This document shows positions 42,501 to 64,000 of a DNA stretch of 64,000 nt, piece by piece. The DNA is from Macrostomum lignano (taxonomy: Eukaryota). Position numbers and translations under genes: made by a program. The stretch covers positions 310,001 through 374,000 of the forward strand of contig NIVC01000640.1 in the NCBI GenBank assembly GCA_002269645.1, given 5' to 3'. Position 1 is the stretch's first letter, and every line of letters begins with the position of its first letter. The notes under the pieces were generated by a model, which saw only the letters and a program-made list of their open reading frames with translations, made no database searches and had not been told where the DNA came from.

Positions 42501-42949
42501 CTCCCTTGCATCTTTGTTTCTGGGATATGCAAAGACAGAGGCCTGAGCGCCTCTCACTCATCCTCATCCCCCATCACTTCACTGCTGCATTCTATCGCCC
42601 TTACCCACCTCGCCTACCTCTCTTTATTTACGTGTTCTTATGAATTCTTAATTAACTTCCTCTAGCAAGCCGTGTCCGTTCGTATTGCACGCTTCTTTTG
42701 CTCGCTGCTGCTTCTGCTGCTGCGCAAAATGCTGCAGAGCACGACGGTTTTCTGAGGGTGTGAGGGCCCGAGGTAGCGGTTCAACCTCATCCAGGATGCT
42801 GGCACTGTGATGCGCGCATTAAGATGAAGAAGCCAGAAAATGAACGATTGACCCCGAAAAAACCGATTTTGCCCGGTTCTAGGAAATCCGACGCGTGACC
42901 TTTTAATGCCGGGGCTTCTGATCTGCCGGTCTCTTCCTGCAGAGCCTGG

Positions 42950-43380
42950 CCCCACTGACCCACTAGCCCCACTGACCCACTAGCCCCACTGACCCACTAG
43001 CCCCACTGACCCACTAGCCCCACTGACCCACTAGCCCCACTGACCCACTAGCCCCACTGACCCACTAGCCCCACTGACCCACTAGCCCCACTGACCCACT
43101 AGCCCCACTGACCCACTAGCCCCACTGACCCACTAGCCCCACTGATCCACTAGCCCCACTGACCCACTAGCCCCACTGACCCACTAGCCCCACTGACCCA
43201 CTAGCCCCACTGACCCACTAGCCCCACTGACCCACTAGCCTCACTGACCCACTGGCCCCACTGACCCACTGACCCCACTGACACACTGACCCACTAGCCT
43301 CACTGACCCACTGACCCACTAACCCATTGACCCCACTAACCCACTGACCCCACTGACCCACTGACCTACTGACCCACCAG
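42950..43380. repeat. 17-bp minisatellite (TGACCCACTAGCCCCAC)n
   Basis: Direct inspection; G-run-rich on the - strand. Confidence 0.95.
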
Positions 43381-43806
43381 CCCAACGTTACTGGACTCAC
43401 CATAGAGCATCAATTTCTTTTGATTTAGAAAAAATATTCTGATTTTCTGCCTTAATTTTGTAGTTTTAAACCAAATACTACTAAATCAGTAGGCTGGCTC
43501 GAATGCGATAGAAATTTTCAGAGAAGAGCAGAAAGGCAAAAAATAAAAAATGATGCCTGAGGGCCTGTCTGTCATTTCGGAAATCCCAGCGGATGAAGAA
43601 GCTCTTCCTTCTCTGACTCTTTCCGCAGATGAGGCTGCCTCACAGAATCAAAAGCACTTTTTCCTTTCTAACTCAACTTATCCCTATGGCGGACTCCTAT
43701 CTTGAGAAAACTAGGAAATAAATTCACTTTGAATGGCGAAGCGAAAGAGGAGGAAAACGGCCATAAAAGTACGCATTGACTGATGAAATGCTAGAAAATA
43801 TACTGC

Positions 43807-44118
<312 letters not shown>

Positions 44119-44668
44119 AGGCAGCAATTCATAACAGTGAAGAAAAAGGCTCTCTGCCTCCTCTGTGTAGTTGCAAAAGTGCAGGCCATATAAAAGATGG
44201 CTCCGGCGGTAATTCTACTGGTCTACGCAGACGGCGAGGGAAGAAAACGGGGGCTGCTGGAGGGGCCGCAGTGCAGCGGAGAATAAAGAAGAACATGGGA
44301 GGCTGGGAGGAAGCCGCGGCTGATGAGGTTTGCTTTTTGGCATCGCGGGGCGGATGGAGTCGCGGGTATCCCTTGTCCCGTTCGCGTCAGTGGCCCAAAT
44401 TTACAGCTGTCAGGCAGCTAAAAGGGATTAATTTCAATGCAATTGCTTCCCTAAGGCGGTGTATAGCCCACCCGCACCCAGAGACATCTTCATCCGCGCC
44501 ATGGGCAGCTATGGAATCAGCGCACAGGCGCATGTAGCTCGTAGTTTTGCGTGATTGGAGGGTATTCGCGTGCGGAAGAACTGTTCGATGCAGAAATTGT
44601 GTCTCTTTGTGGAATATGTGCGGACGCAAACAAGATGCGCGCTTATTCCAGAACCGCACCATATCTAT

Positions 44669-45063
44669 ACCTCCGGCCTGCGAGCCACATGCGTCCTTCA
44701 AAGCCTCTCTATCCGGCCCTCGGGTCCTTTGAAACTTCACAATAGCAATCCGGCCTGCTCAGGGTTTGTCTCTGCTCAGCTCTGTCTCTTCTCTCTCTTC
44801 TCTCCCTTCTTTTCTTCTTTCCCCTCTCTCCCCTCTCTCCCCTCACTCCTCTCCTCTCTCCCCTCCTTTCCCTGAGAAAGAATATACAATATTTAAAACA
44901 TCGGCCCCTCGCTTAAATATCTGTGTTACCGTGTCAGTTTTTTGGAGTTTGAGGACTCAGCTCTCTCCCCTTCTCTCCCCTTCTCTCCCCTTCTCTCCCC
45001 TTCTCTCCCCTTCTCTCCCCTTCTCTCCCCTTCTCTCCCTCTCTCTCTCTCTCTCTCTCCCTC

Positions 45064-45113
<50 letters not shown>

Positions 45114-45390
45114 TCTCTCCCTCTCTCTCTCCCTCTCTCTCTCCCTCTCTCCTTCTCTCGCCCCTCTCCCTCTTCCCTCTCTTCTCTCCTTTCTGTCCTC
45201 TCTCCTCTCTCCCCTCTCTTCTCTATCTCCTCTCTCTCCTCTCCCTCTCTTCTTTTTCTCCGCTCTGGCCTCTCCTCTCTTCTCTCCTCTCTCATCTTCG
45301 ATTCCGTCTTCTTTCCACTCTCATCTGGTCCCCAGCCATCAGCTGGATTCTCAAGCTGGCCCTAGAGGTTAAAAAATTTTCCGACCCCTG
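44669..45390 (+). mobile_element. hAT-like MITE, right-end copy of the same family
   Basis: Ends TTTTCCGACCCCTG, the reverse complement of the left TIR of the 24282 copy (13/14). Left TIR eroded; CTATAC occurs on both flanks (possible TSD remnant). Confidence 0.75.
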
Positions 45391-46941
45391 CTATACGCGC
45401 TTACTCCAGCATCCCATCATATCTATGCCATGAATGAGTCAGGAAGGCGGCAAAACTGGTAAGAGTAGAAGGAGGTCAAGTGTAGAACTTAAAAAAGAGT
45501 TCAGGCTACAAAAATTCTAGAACGAAAATTTCAGCCAGCACCGGAATTCGGGATTAGCCTATGCTCTCGCAGTATCTTAAGGAGAAAGTTTGCCTTATGC
45601 ATTGGAACAAATCTGTGGACTGTGACGCACGGTGTGGGGATTACAGATACGCCAAGACAGCAGAAAGAAGCCGTCCTGGATTTTCTCATTTCCACTCTCT
45701 AAGATTGCTTTTCTCTCTCTCTTATTCTGCTCTCGCCAGTCGGCCCGTTAACCCCTGCACTCCCAATGCCAATAGCACGCGCCGCCGCCAAGATTGCAGA
45801 AGTTGGGTAGCCCCGATCGAGGCGAGAGTGGCGGCAAATGTGGAGGGGAGAAAGGCGAGGGGGGCTGAGTGTGCGTATCAGCCCTCTGCTGAATCGGCTG
45901 GGAGAATGCAGAGCTGCAAAATCGGGGGGGGGGGTCCTGGAAAGAGAGTAGCCAAACGCCTAACCCCTGCACTCGCTCCCGCCTCCAGCAAAATCACTCC
46001 TCTCCTCCTCCTTGGCACACTCCATCCAGCCAGTTCAGCTGGAGGGAGAGAAACGAAGGGGGGGGGGGTTGAAGAGAGGCAGGCCAGTAGCGGCAATGCA
46101 AGCCGGTTGGTGCAACTTGCGGCGCAGGCGCGTTCAGTAGCTGGGGGAGGGGAATCGGGTTCCAGGCGGCCAGACTCTCTCCCAAACTGACCCTCGGGCT
46201 CGATGCGGCGCCCGGGCCACACGCGATGCCGGTGGCGGATCGGGGGGAGGCCAAAGACGTCAGCAAGAGAGGTGGTTGGGGCAAGCGGCAGGACCAAATG
46301 GGAAGAGGATGCCGGACACTGGGGGAGTTGGGACTTGCGCCAGTGTACAGCCGGGGGAGGAGGGAAATCGGATTTAAAAGTGTAGGAGAATGCCGAGATT
46401 ATCGTTTTCCCCAGAACTCCCCCCTGTGGAGCAAGACGCGCACAGACTTCAATTACTATTCTAGCTGGGGGTCAGTCTGAACCGGGGCCCGCTAACAAGC
46501 TTAAGAAGCAGAGAAGCAAAGAAGAGAAAAAGTGAATTGAATTTCTCAGTGCTAGGTCAGCTGCGAAAGGGAGCAGTGAGACGAGAGAGCAGCTTCAAGT
46601 TTCACTTGACTATTGGACTAAAAGCGCTGACGCCCTCCGCCCCGATTCTCTCCTTCTTATCCGCGAAATTCTACCCACCCCGGGTGCTTGCAACTCATCC
46701 GCCATCCGCGGCCGACGCTGCTGCCCCTCCTAAGCCACCTCGCTGACGCCTCGGTACCAGCCAGCAATATGGAGCCGGCCCGCTGACAGACCGGGGGGCA
46801 GTCAGACCCAACAGTTGCAGAAACATCCTTGCCGACCTGAGCTGGTGAAACTTCGAACTTGGCGCCTGACCCCCTTCCCGCTCGCGCCCAGCTACCGCAA
46901 CTGAAGCAAGCAGCTCTGCCGCTACTTTAAATAGCGCCGGG

Positions 46942-57004
<10,063 letters not shown>

Positions 57005-58294
57005 TTTCACAACTGTTGAATCTCCGTTGCGTGAAGCCCCACCCCGCCCCACCGATTTTGTGAGCACGTGACTGTCGGGCCTCAGGATTAAGCAAAGAAT
57101 CCATTAGCGAACTTCCTGGTTGCTATACAGGTCGAATAGCTGAAACGCGTACACTACTCACGGCGCGCACTTCTGCACGCTAACGCCTGTCTGTCAGCTC
57201 TCTCGGGTTAGTATGTTTGAAATAAATAAAAATTCATAATTCAATGCTCTACTTTTCTCCCCTTCTACACTGCATGTAAATGTTGGCCTGTTGTTGTGTG
57301 ATTCTTGCTGTTCAAACTTCCTCAGCCCAACAGCCAGCCTGCGGCATTAAGATTATATTCTCCTCATCAATAATCCATATGCAGATCTTCTTAAAGCGCC
57401 TGCCCCTCTCGGATTGTATTTGCCGAGCTGCTCTTGCAACTTTGATTCTGGGTGCACCCATTTGTGCTGCATTAAGAATTTCGATTTCTTCAGCACAGTG
57501 CAGCACTGTAGGAGCACCATCACTTGCTATTTTTTGAAGGCCTTCGTTTCATTGAGCTTAATGAGCTAGGAAATCCAGTTTATTAAATTATTGTTGTTAA
57601 ACATTTATTTCATTCAAAATGTGACATTTTAAAAGAAGCAAGTCTCTTCTAGCTTGGGGCAATCTAATTGTTGCAGCTCTCGTAATCACATTATTGAACA
57701 GGTCGGCTCTGCGTTCTTAAATCAATATTTTATCGTTTATTTCCATATATATTACTCTAATCAGTGTGTAGCAATTGTACGCAGTATTTTTGGCACAGGA
57801 GGCGCACTTCAAATACTCCAAGTGTGTGTTACTGTGTGTACAATGTTTTGATGGACAAAGGCTTCTTGCGTATTTTTGGTCCGAACTGCGGTATTGCAGA
57901 TCCTGATACACTATTATATACACACGACTCCACATATTTTAGATACAATTGTACACTGTTATATTGTATGAAATTTCTCTTAACTCAAGCGCAGTCGCTA
58001 CAGTACTATAGTTCACAGCTGTTAATAATTGTGAAAATCATTGATCTAAAGAATATTTAATAGACTCAATTCTATGTTCTCCCCCATCTTCTAAAAAATC
58101 TGTCATCTTTTTCTGTTTAAAACTGATGGATCGTAAAGGCAGAGAAGGATAAAAAACAATGTATCCGATATATGCGACGTACTAAATATATGAGCATGAC
58201 TATAAGAAGATTGACCTTAAAAATACCATAATGACCCTCTCGTATGGTGACCTTTATATTCATATGCGAAGCAGATGAACAGTATGCCACTGAT

Positions 58295-59430
58295 GACGCT
58301 GTATCCAGGATTCGGGTTTGAGGGTAACTAACACTGCATCTACGATTCGGGTCTAAGGGTAGCTGACACTGCATCCAGGATTCGGGTTTGAGGGTAACTG
58401 ACACTGCATCTACGATTCGGGTCTAAGGGTAGCTGACACTGCATCCAGGATTCGGGTTTGAGGGTAACTAACACTGCATCTACGATTCGGGGCTGAGGGT
58501 AGCTGACACTGCATCCAGGATTCGGGTTTGAGGGTAACTGACACTGCATCCAGGATTCGGGTTTGAGGGTAACTGACACTGCATCCAGGATTCAGGTTTG
58601 AGGGTAACTGACACTGCATCTACGATTCGGGTCTAAGGGTAGCTGACACTGCATCCAGGATTCGGGTTTGAGGGTAACTGACACTGCATCTACGATTCGG
58701 GGCTGAGGGTAGCTGATACTGCATCCAGGATTCAGGTGCGAGGGTAACTGACACTGCATCAGGTAGACGTATTCAGGTGCGAGGGTAACTGACACTGCAT
58801 CTACGATTCGGGGCTGAGGGTAGCTGACACTGCATCCAGGATTCGGGTTTGAGGGTAACTGACACTGCATCCAGGATTCAGGTTTGAGGGTAACTGACAC
58901 TGCATCTACGATTCGGGTCTAAGGGTAGCTGACACTGCATCCAGGATTCGGGTTTGAGGGTAACTGACACTGCATCTACGATTCGGGGCTGAGGGTAGCT
59001 GATACTGCATCCAGGATTCGGGTTTGAGGGTAACTGACACTGCATCAGGTAGACGTATTCAGGTGCGAGGGTAACTGACACTGCATCAGGTAGACATATT
59101 CAGGTGCGAGGGTAACTGACACTGCATCAGGTAGACGTATTCAGGTGCGAGGGTAACTGACACTGCATCAGGTAGACGTATTCAGGTGCGAGGGTAACTG
59201 ACACTGCATCAGGTAGACGTATTCAGGTGCGAGGGTAACTGACACTGCATCAGGTAGACGTATTCAGGTGCGAGGGTAACTGACACTGCATCAGGTAGAC
59301 GTATTCAGGTGCGAGGGTAACTGACACTGCATCAGGTAGACGTATTCAGGTGCGAGGGTAACTGACACTGCATCAGGTAGACGTATTCAGGTGCGAGGGT
59401 AACTGACACTGCATCAGGTAGACGTATTCT
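58295..59430. repeat. Composite satellite: alternating 35-bp monomers, then a homogeneous 41-bp monomer
   Basis: TCCAGGATTCGGGTTTGAGGGTAACTGACACTGCA alternates with TCTACGATTCGGG(T/G)CT(A/G)AGGGTAGCTGACACTGCA; from about 59040 the unit is TCAGGTAGACGTATTCAGGTGCGAGGGTAACTGACACTGCA. Confidence 0.93.
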
Positions 59431-60476
59431 GGACAGATGCAGATGTAAGAGTACAGACGAGGTGCCGCAGACACAGACAGACACTGAGGCGCAGCAAGAG
59501 ACGAAATAAACAAGTATTTAAGTCACAACTGCAAAAGAATTATCCATATTTGTATGACGAAGCTTATGACGCAAAAACCGCAAAATAGAATATTTTGGCC
59601 GCAATTAATGCGATTTTCTTTAGACGCAGAACATTTTTGTATTTTTTATATCCTTTTCAGTTGCAAATATAGAACAGTAAATAAAGTATATTGATTAATG
59701 GAGCGCGTTGTTATTATAAAATAGATTGGAAATATTTCAGATGGGTACGGGTCGGGCAGTGCTACACTATTAGCAGTCTAGAAACGCTGGCTATTTGATA
59801 CGAGTATAACTATTATTTTTACAAAAAATTGGAGCGCAAACTACTTGAAGTAGAGTCCGAGAATGATGAGAAATACTGGTATTATGAACCCGAATATGCA
59901 AAAAGTTCGACTTGAGGTGCCTATTGATGAATTGAATTATTTATGAACAAAGTACACTGCTAAACAATAGTTTATTAATCAAAATTAATAAAAGGATGAA
60001 CAAATCGATACAAAAATGCGATTAAGCAGTAATTTTAAATGTTAATTAGGCGTTTGTCAACGTTAAAAAGCATCATTAACTATGCTGATTTGCATATTTC
60101 TCATTAGCAATGATAATATTAAGTAGTTGTTTACTTAACTTTAAACAGTTTAAATTCGTGCCAATACCCGAAATTTTGCCAATAATAAACGACTTACTAA
60201 ATATGGATTCTCCTGGATTCTGTTAATTCCTACGTCGGATCTATTTTTAGCCACTATTTAGATCAGATTTACAAAACTAAAACATAACAATTGCCATCAG
60301 GACTAAAGTACGTTAAAACTTAAGGAGCAAAGCGATAAAATGAGCTGCGAAGTTAAACAAAATAACAAGGAAAACAAACAAATGTTGAATGAAAAGCTCT
60401 CACGCACTTATCAGATACGGTCCATAAACACGCAGTTCATTGTCAATTGGATACCGGATTGTAAACTAAAAGTTTT

Positions 60477-62206
60477 TTAGTCATTCTTAGGCTCGTTCTG
60501 CTGGTTCGGCGACGAAGGGCTGTATGTGGGCGAAGACGGACTGTAAGTCGGTGACGTTGGGCTGTAGGTCGGCGAACTCGGACTGTAAGTTGGTGATGTC
60601 GGACTATACGTCGGCGACGTCGGGCTGTATGTTGGTGACGTCGGACTGTAGGTCGGCGAAGTCGGACTGTACGTCGGGGATGTCGGACTGTACGTAGGCG
60701 ACGTCGGGCTGTAAGTCGGAGAAGTCGGACTGTATGTCGGTGACGTCGGACTGTAGGTCGGTGACGTCGGGCTGTAGGTCGGCGAAGTCGGACTGTAGGT
60801 CGGCGACGTTGGGCTGTAGGTTGGTGACGTCGGACTATAAGTCGGTGAGGTCGGGCTGTAAGTTGGCGATGTCGGACTGTAAGTAGGCGACGTTGGGCTG
60901 TATGTTGGCGAGGTTGGACTGTAAGTTGGTGACGTCGGACTGTAGGTTGGCGATGTCGGGCTGTAGGTCGGAGAAGTAGGACTGTAGGTTGGCGATGTCG
61001 GACTGTATGTTGGCGACGTCGGGCTGTAAGTCGGAGAAGTCGGACTGTATGATGGCGAAGTCGGACTGTAAGCAGGTGAAGTCGGACTGTATGATGGGGA
61101 CGTCGGACTGTAAGACGGCGATGTAGGGCTGTAGGAAGGCGACGTCGGACTGTAAGATGGTGAAGTCGGACTGTAAGACGGCGATGTCGGGCTGTAAGAA
61201 GGCGACGTCGGACTGTAAGACGGCGACGTTGGGCTGTAAGACGGCGACGTCGGACTGTAAGAAGGCGACGTCGGACTGTACGAAGGAGATGTCGGACTGT
61301 ACGAAGGCGAGCTGGGAGAGCCAGTACTCGGACTGTAGCGCGGCGATGTCGGACTGTACACTGGAGAGGTGGGCGCGTAGCCAGGCGAGGTGGGGCTGTA
61401 GCCGGGACTCGAGCCGTCCGGACTGTAGCCGGGACTCTGCGGCGTGGCCGGGCTGGGCGGCATGAAGCCGGGCGAAGCCGGACTGTAGGGCGGGCTGAAT
61501 TCGCCGACGCCCATATAGGCTCCGTCGGGCGTCTTGGGACTGAACGCGGCGCCAGGTGAGAACGGTGACATCCCGCCGCCAGGCGACATGCCGGCTTCGG
61601 AGGCTCCGGCCGGTGAGAAGCCGCCAGCTGGCGTCATGCCAGGCGTGATGGCCGGAGACCAGGCGCCGGCGTATGGCGTTGCCCCGCTGTTCCACGGCGT
61701 GGCATGCGGGGTGAATCCGCCGCCTGTTGGCGAAGCTGCGCCGCCGAAGATGATGCCGGTGGTGCCGAGCCCCGTGCCCATGGGGATCTCCATGGCGAAT
61801 CGACACTGCTCGTGATCCAACAGCAGGTCGAAGCAGCCGGTGCCGATGCGGGCTAGCTGGCCAAGCATAATGTTCTCGCTGACGCCCTTCACCGGGTCAA
61901 CCTCGGCAGAGCTGGCCGCCTCCATCAGGATGTCGACAGTCTCTTCAAAGGAGCAGCGGGCCAGAGCGCCGGTGTCCTGCCTGTTGATGCCGTGCCGGGT
62001 GATGGCCATCAGATGGCCCTTGACAGTCATGATGTCGCATAGCAAGGCCAGATGGCGATAATTAACGTAGCTGCCGTCAAAGCTGATCACGTGATTCATC
62101 TCGCGCTCGATGGCCTTGCGAACGGCTTCGATGCCAAGAACTTCGAATATTTCCACGATGTCGTTGCTAACAGTGCGCACAGGGTCGACGTTGCGTTCGG
62201 CAAGCA
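60477..62206 (-). CDS. RPB1: RNA polymerase II largest subunit, last exon with CTD heptad repeats
   Basis: [31 protein letters not shown]...[26 protein letters not shown]...[17 protein letters not shown] followed by 38 uninterrupted YSPTSP(S/T) heptads; stop at 60477-60479. The acceptor at 62207 is one G short of restoring the frame. Confidence 0.97.
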
Positions 62207-62356
62207 CTGGAACAAAAGTTTATACACGGTGGATTTGATTGCGTGACAAGTAGCGTTTTCATCTATCCCTATTGTGAGCTTCCATATGCGGTCAAAAATC
62301 GAGATTTTACTACTATTGAGTAGTAACGCTTGTATTATGAATAAATTAAGACGAAC

Positions 62357-63420
62357 CTTCATCAGACAGGTGCCGTCAGTCTCCAGTATCCAGTCAGCAA
62401 CATAATGATAGCTTCCGTCCTCATTGAACATAACCCGCTTCTTGCTGTCCTCCTTCGGCAGGTGCATGTACACCTTGGCGATTGACTCGATGCCCTGCAG
62501 GGTCATATCGCTAAGCAGATTCTGCTCGATCAGCCGCAGGAAGGTCTGATCCTCCAGCTTGTCAACGCCTGTGGCGGCGGCCTCCTCTTCGTCGTCCTTT
62601 TCGCCATCCTGGCCCATGATTCGAATGCGCAGCACCAGCTTCTCCGAATTGTCGTCATTGAAGATGCAGCTGAGATCGTTGCCGAAGCTGGCCGACACTT
62701 CTCAGCGATGCTCTCCATAGTGAGCTTCTTGTCCACCATCCGCTTCCTATCTAGCTCGATCCGCAGCATCCACGGGCTGGGCCGCGGCAACATCAAAGTC
62801 GCCCAAATCGTAGTAGAGGCTGACCCAGTCGCGGTCCTCTTTGATGACGGTGTTTCCGCGGATCCGGATCGTAGTAGATAGCCGTGTTGGCGACAACCTT
62901 ACGCAGAGTGGTGTGCTCCAGCCGGCACAGGACATCCTTAGCCTTCTCGGCATCGATAGCAGCTTGGCCAGTGAGAAACACGTTAGGCTGGGCGTCTTCG
63001 GCGCTTAGACACGTTGATAATCTCTTTAAGCCGGGGCACGCCCAGCGTGACGTTCTTGGCCGACACGCCGGCATAGTGGAAAGTGTTGAGCGTCATCTGC
63101 GTGGCCGGCTCGCGAGAGACTGCGCAGCGGGGCGCCGACCATCTCGCCAGGGTGCACGTGGGCGAGCTGGAATCGGGACTCGATCTCGCCTAGCAGCCAT
63201 TCGAATGCTTCGGCACTGAGCCTGTGCTCCTCAATCACCTTCTTGCAGCACAGGGACGAGCGGATCAGGCAGGCCATCAGCAGCGTGGCGTTATTGTTAG
63301 CCTCCCGGCTAAGCTTGTCGTCGCCTTTCACAATGCACAACTGTTCGCAGAGGCGCGGACGCCTTGGACAACCCGGGTTGGATGCAGATCGGTAGGCCGG
63401 CGCACGTTTAGCTTGAATAG
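62357..63420 (-). CDS. RPB1: RPB1 penultimate exon region (trigger-loop and jaw region) with multiple 1-bp frameshifts
   Basis: Fragments in alternating frames read [103 protein letters not shown]; donor AAG|GTTCGT at 62356. At least six indels but little amino-acid divergence. Confidence 0.9.
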
Positions 63421-64000
63421 CCGCCAGCTGGCGTCATGCCAGGCGTGATGGCCGGAGACCAGGCGCCGGCGTATGGCGTTGCCCCGCTGTTCCACGGCGT
63501 GGCATGCGGGGTGAATCCGCCGCCTGTTGGCGAAGCTGCGCCGCCGAAGATGATGCCGGTGGTGCCGAGCCCGTGCCCATGGGGATCTCCATGGCGAATC
63601 GACACTGCTCGTGATCCAACAGCAGGTCGAAGCAGCCGGTGCCGATGCGGGCTAGCTGGCCAAGCATAATATTCTCGCTGACGCCCTTCACCGGGTCAAC
63701 CTCGGCAGAGCTGGCCGCCTCCATCAGGATGTCGACAGTCTCTTCAAAGGAGCAGCGGGCCAGAGCGCCGGTGTCCTGCCTGTTGATGCCGTGCCGGGTG
63801 ATGGCCATCAGATGGCCCTTGACAGTCATGATGTCGCATAGCAAGGCCAGATGGCGATAATTAACGTAGCTGCCGTCAAAGCTGATCACGTGATTCATCT
63901 CGCGCTCGATGGCCTTGCGAACGGCTTCGATGCCAAGAACTTCGAATATTTCCACGATGTCGTTGCTAACAGTGCGCACAGGGTCGACGTTGCGTTCGGC
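63421..64000 (-). pseudogene. RPB1: Second, CTD-less copy of the start of the RPB1 last exon (tandem duplication or assembly artefact)
   Basis: 63421-64000 repeats about 61621-62200 at an offset of about 1800 bp, with one synonymous difference (AAC/AAT) and a 1-bp deletion near 63570. It is fused at 63420 to an upstream part of RPB1. Confidence 0.8.

Noticed and set aside
60835-61806. 323-aa alternative-frame ORF and + strand ORFs over RPB1
   Set aside because: Shadow frames of the GC-rich CTD repeat.

Overview
Eukaryotic (metazoan, invertebrate-like) genomic DNA with GT-AG introns and a very high load of mini/microsatellites. The style recalls the free-living flatworm Macrostomum, but that is an unverified inference. 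I rebuilt four protein-coding loci by hand from splice sites and reading-frame phase: (1) an 8-exon SLC6 neurotransmitter:sodium symporter (+, 1928-7696, 618 aa); (2) a Shaw/Kv3-like voltage-gated K+ channel (-, 8929-22251, with a probable extra 5' coding exon at 23472-23545); (3) an R4-like RGS gene (+, 46942-57004, with a probable alternative first exon at 32780-33133); (4) the 3' part of RNA polymerase II RPB1 with its CTD (-, 60477 to the window end), which is indel-ridden and partly duplicated. Mobile DNA includes a young, internally deleted Ty3/gypsy (Mag-like) LTR element (25920-28590; matching 249-bp LTRs, CCATG TSD), three CORE-type tRNA SINEs, several hAT-like MITEs, foldback elements and a LINE 3' remnant. 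The strongest leads are three perfect heat-shock elements in front of the TATA box of each LTR, a duplicated 3' splice site before the last RGS exon, non-canonical key residues in the SLC6 Na1 site (GN->GS) and the Kv S6 gate (PVP->AIP), and a dispersed hairpin family with co-varying stems. Most long ORFs in the track are artefacts of tandem repeats. There is no CRISPR array, rRNA or genuine tRNA gene.
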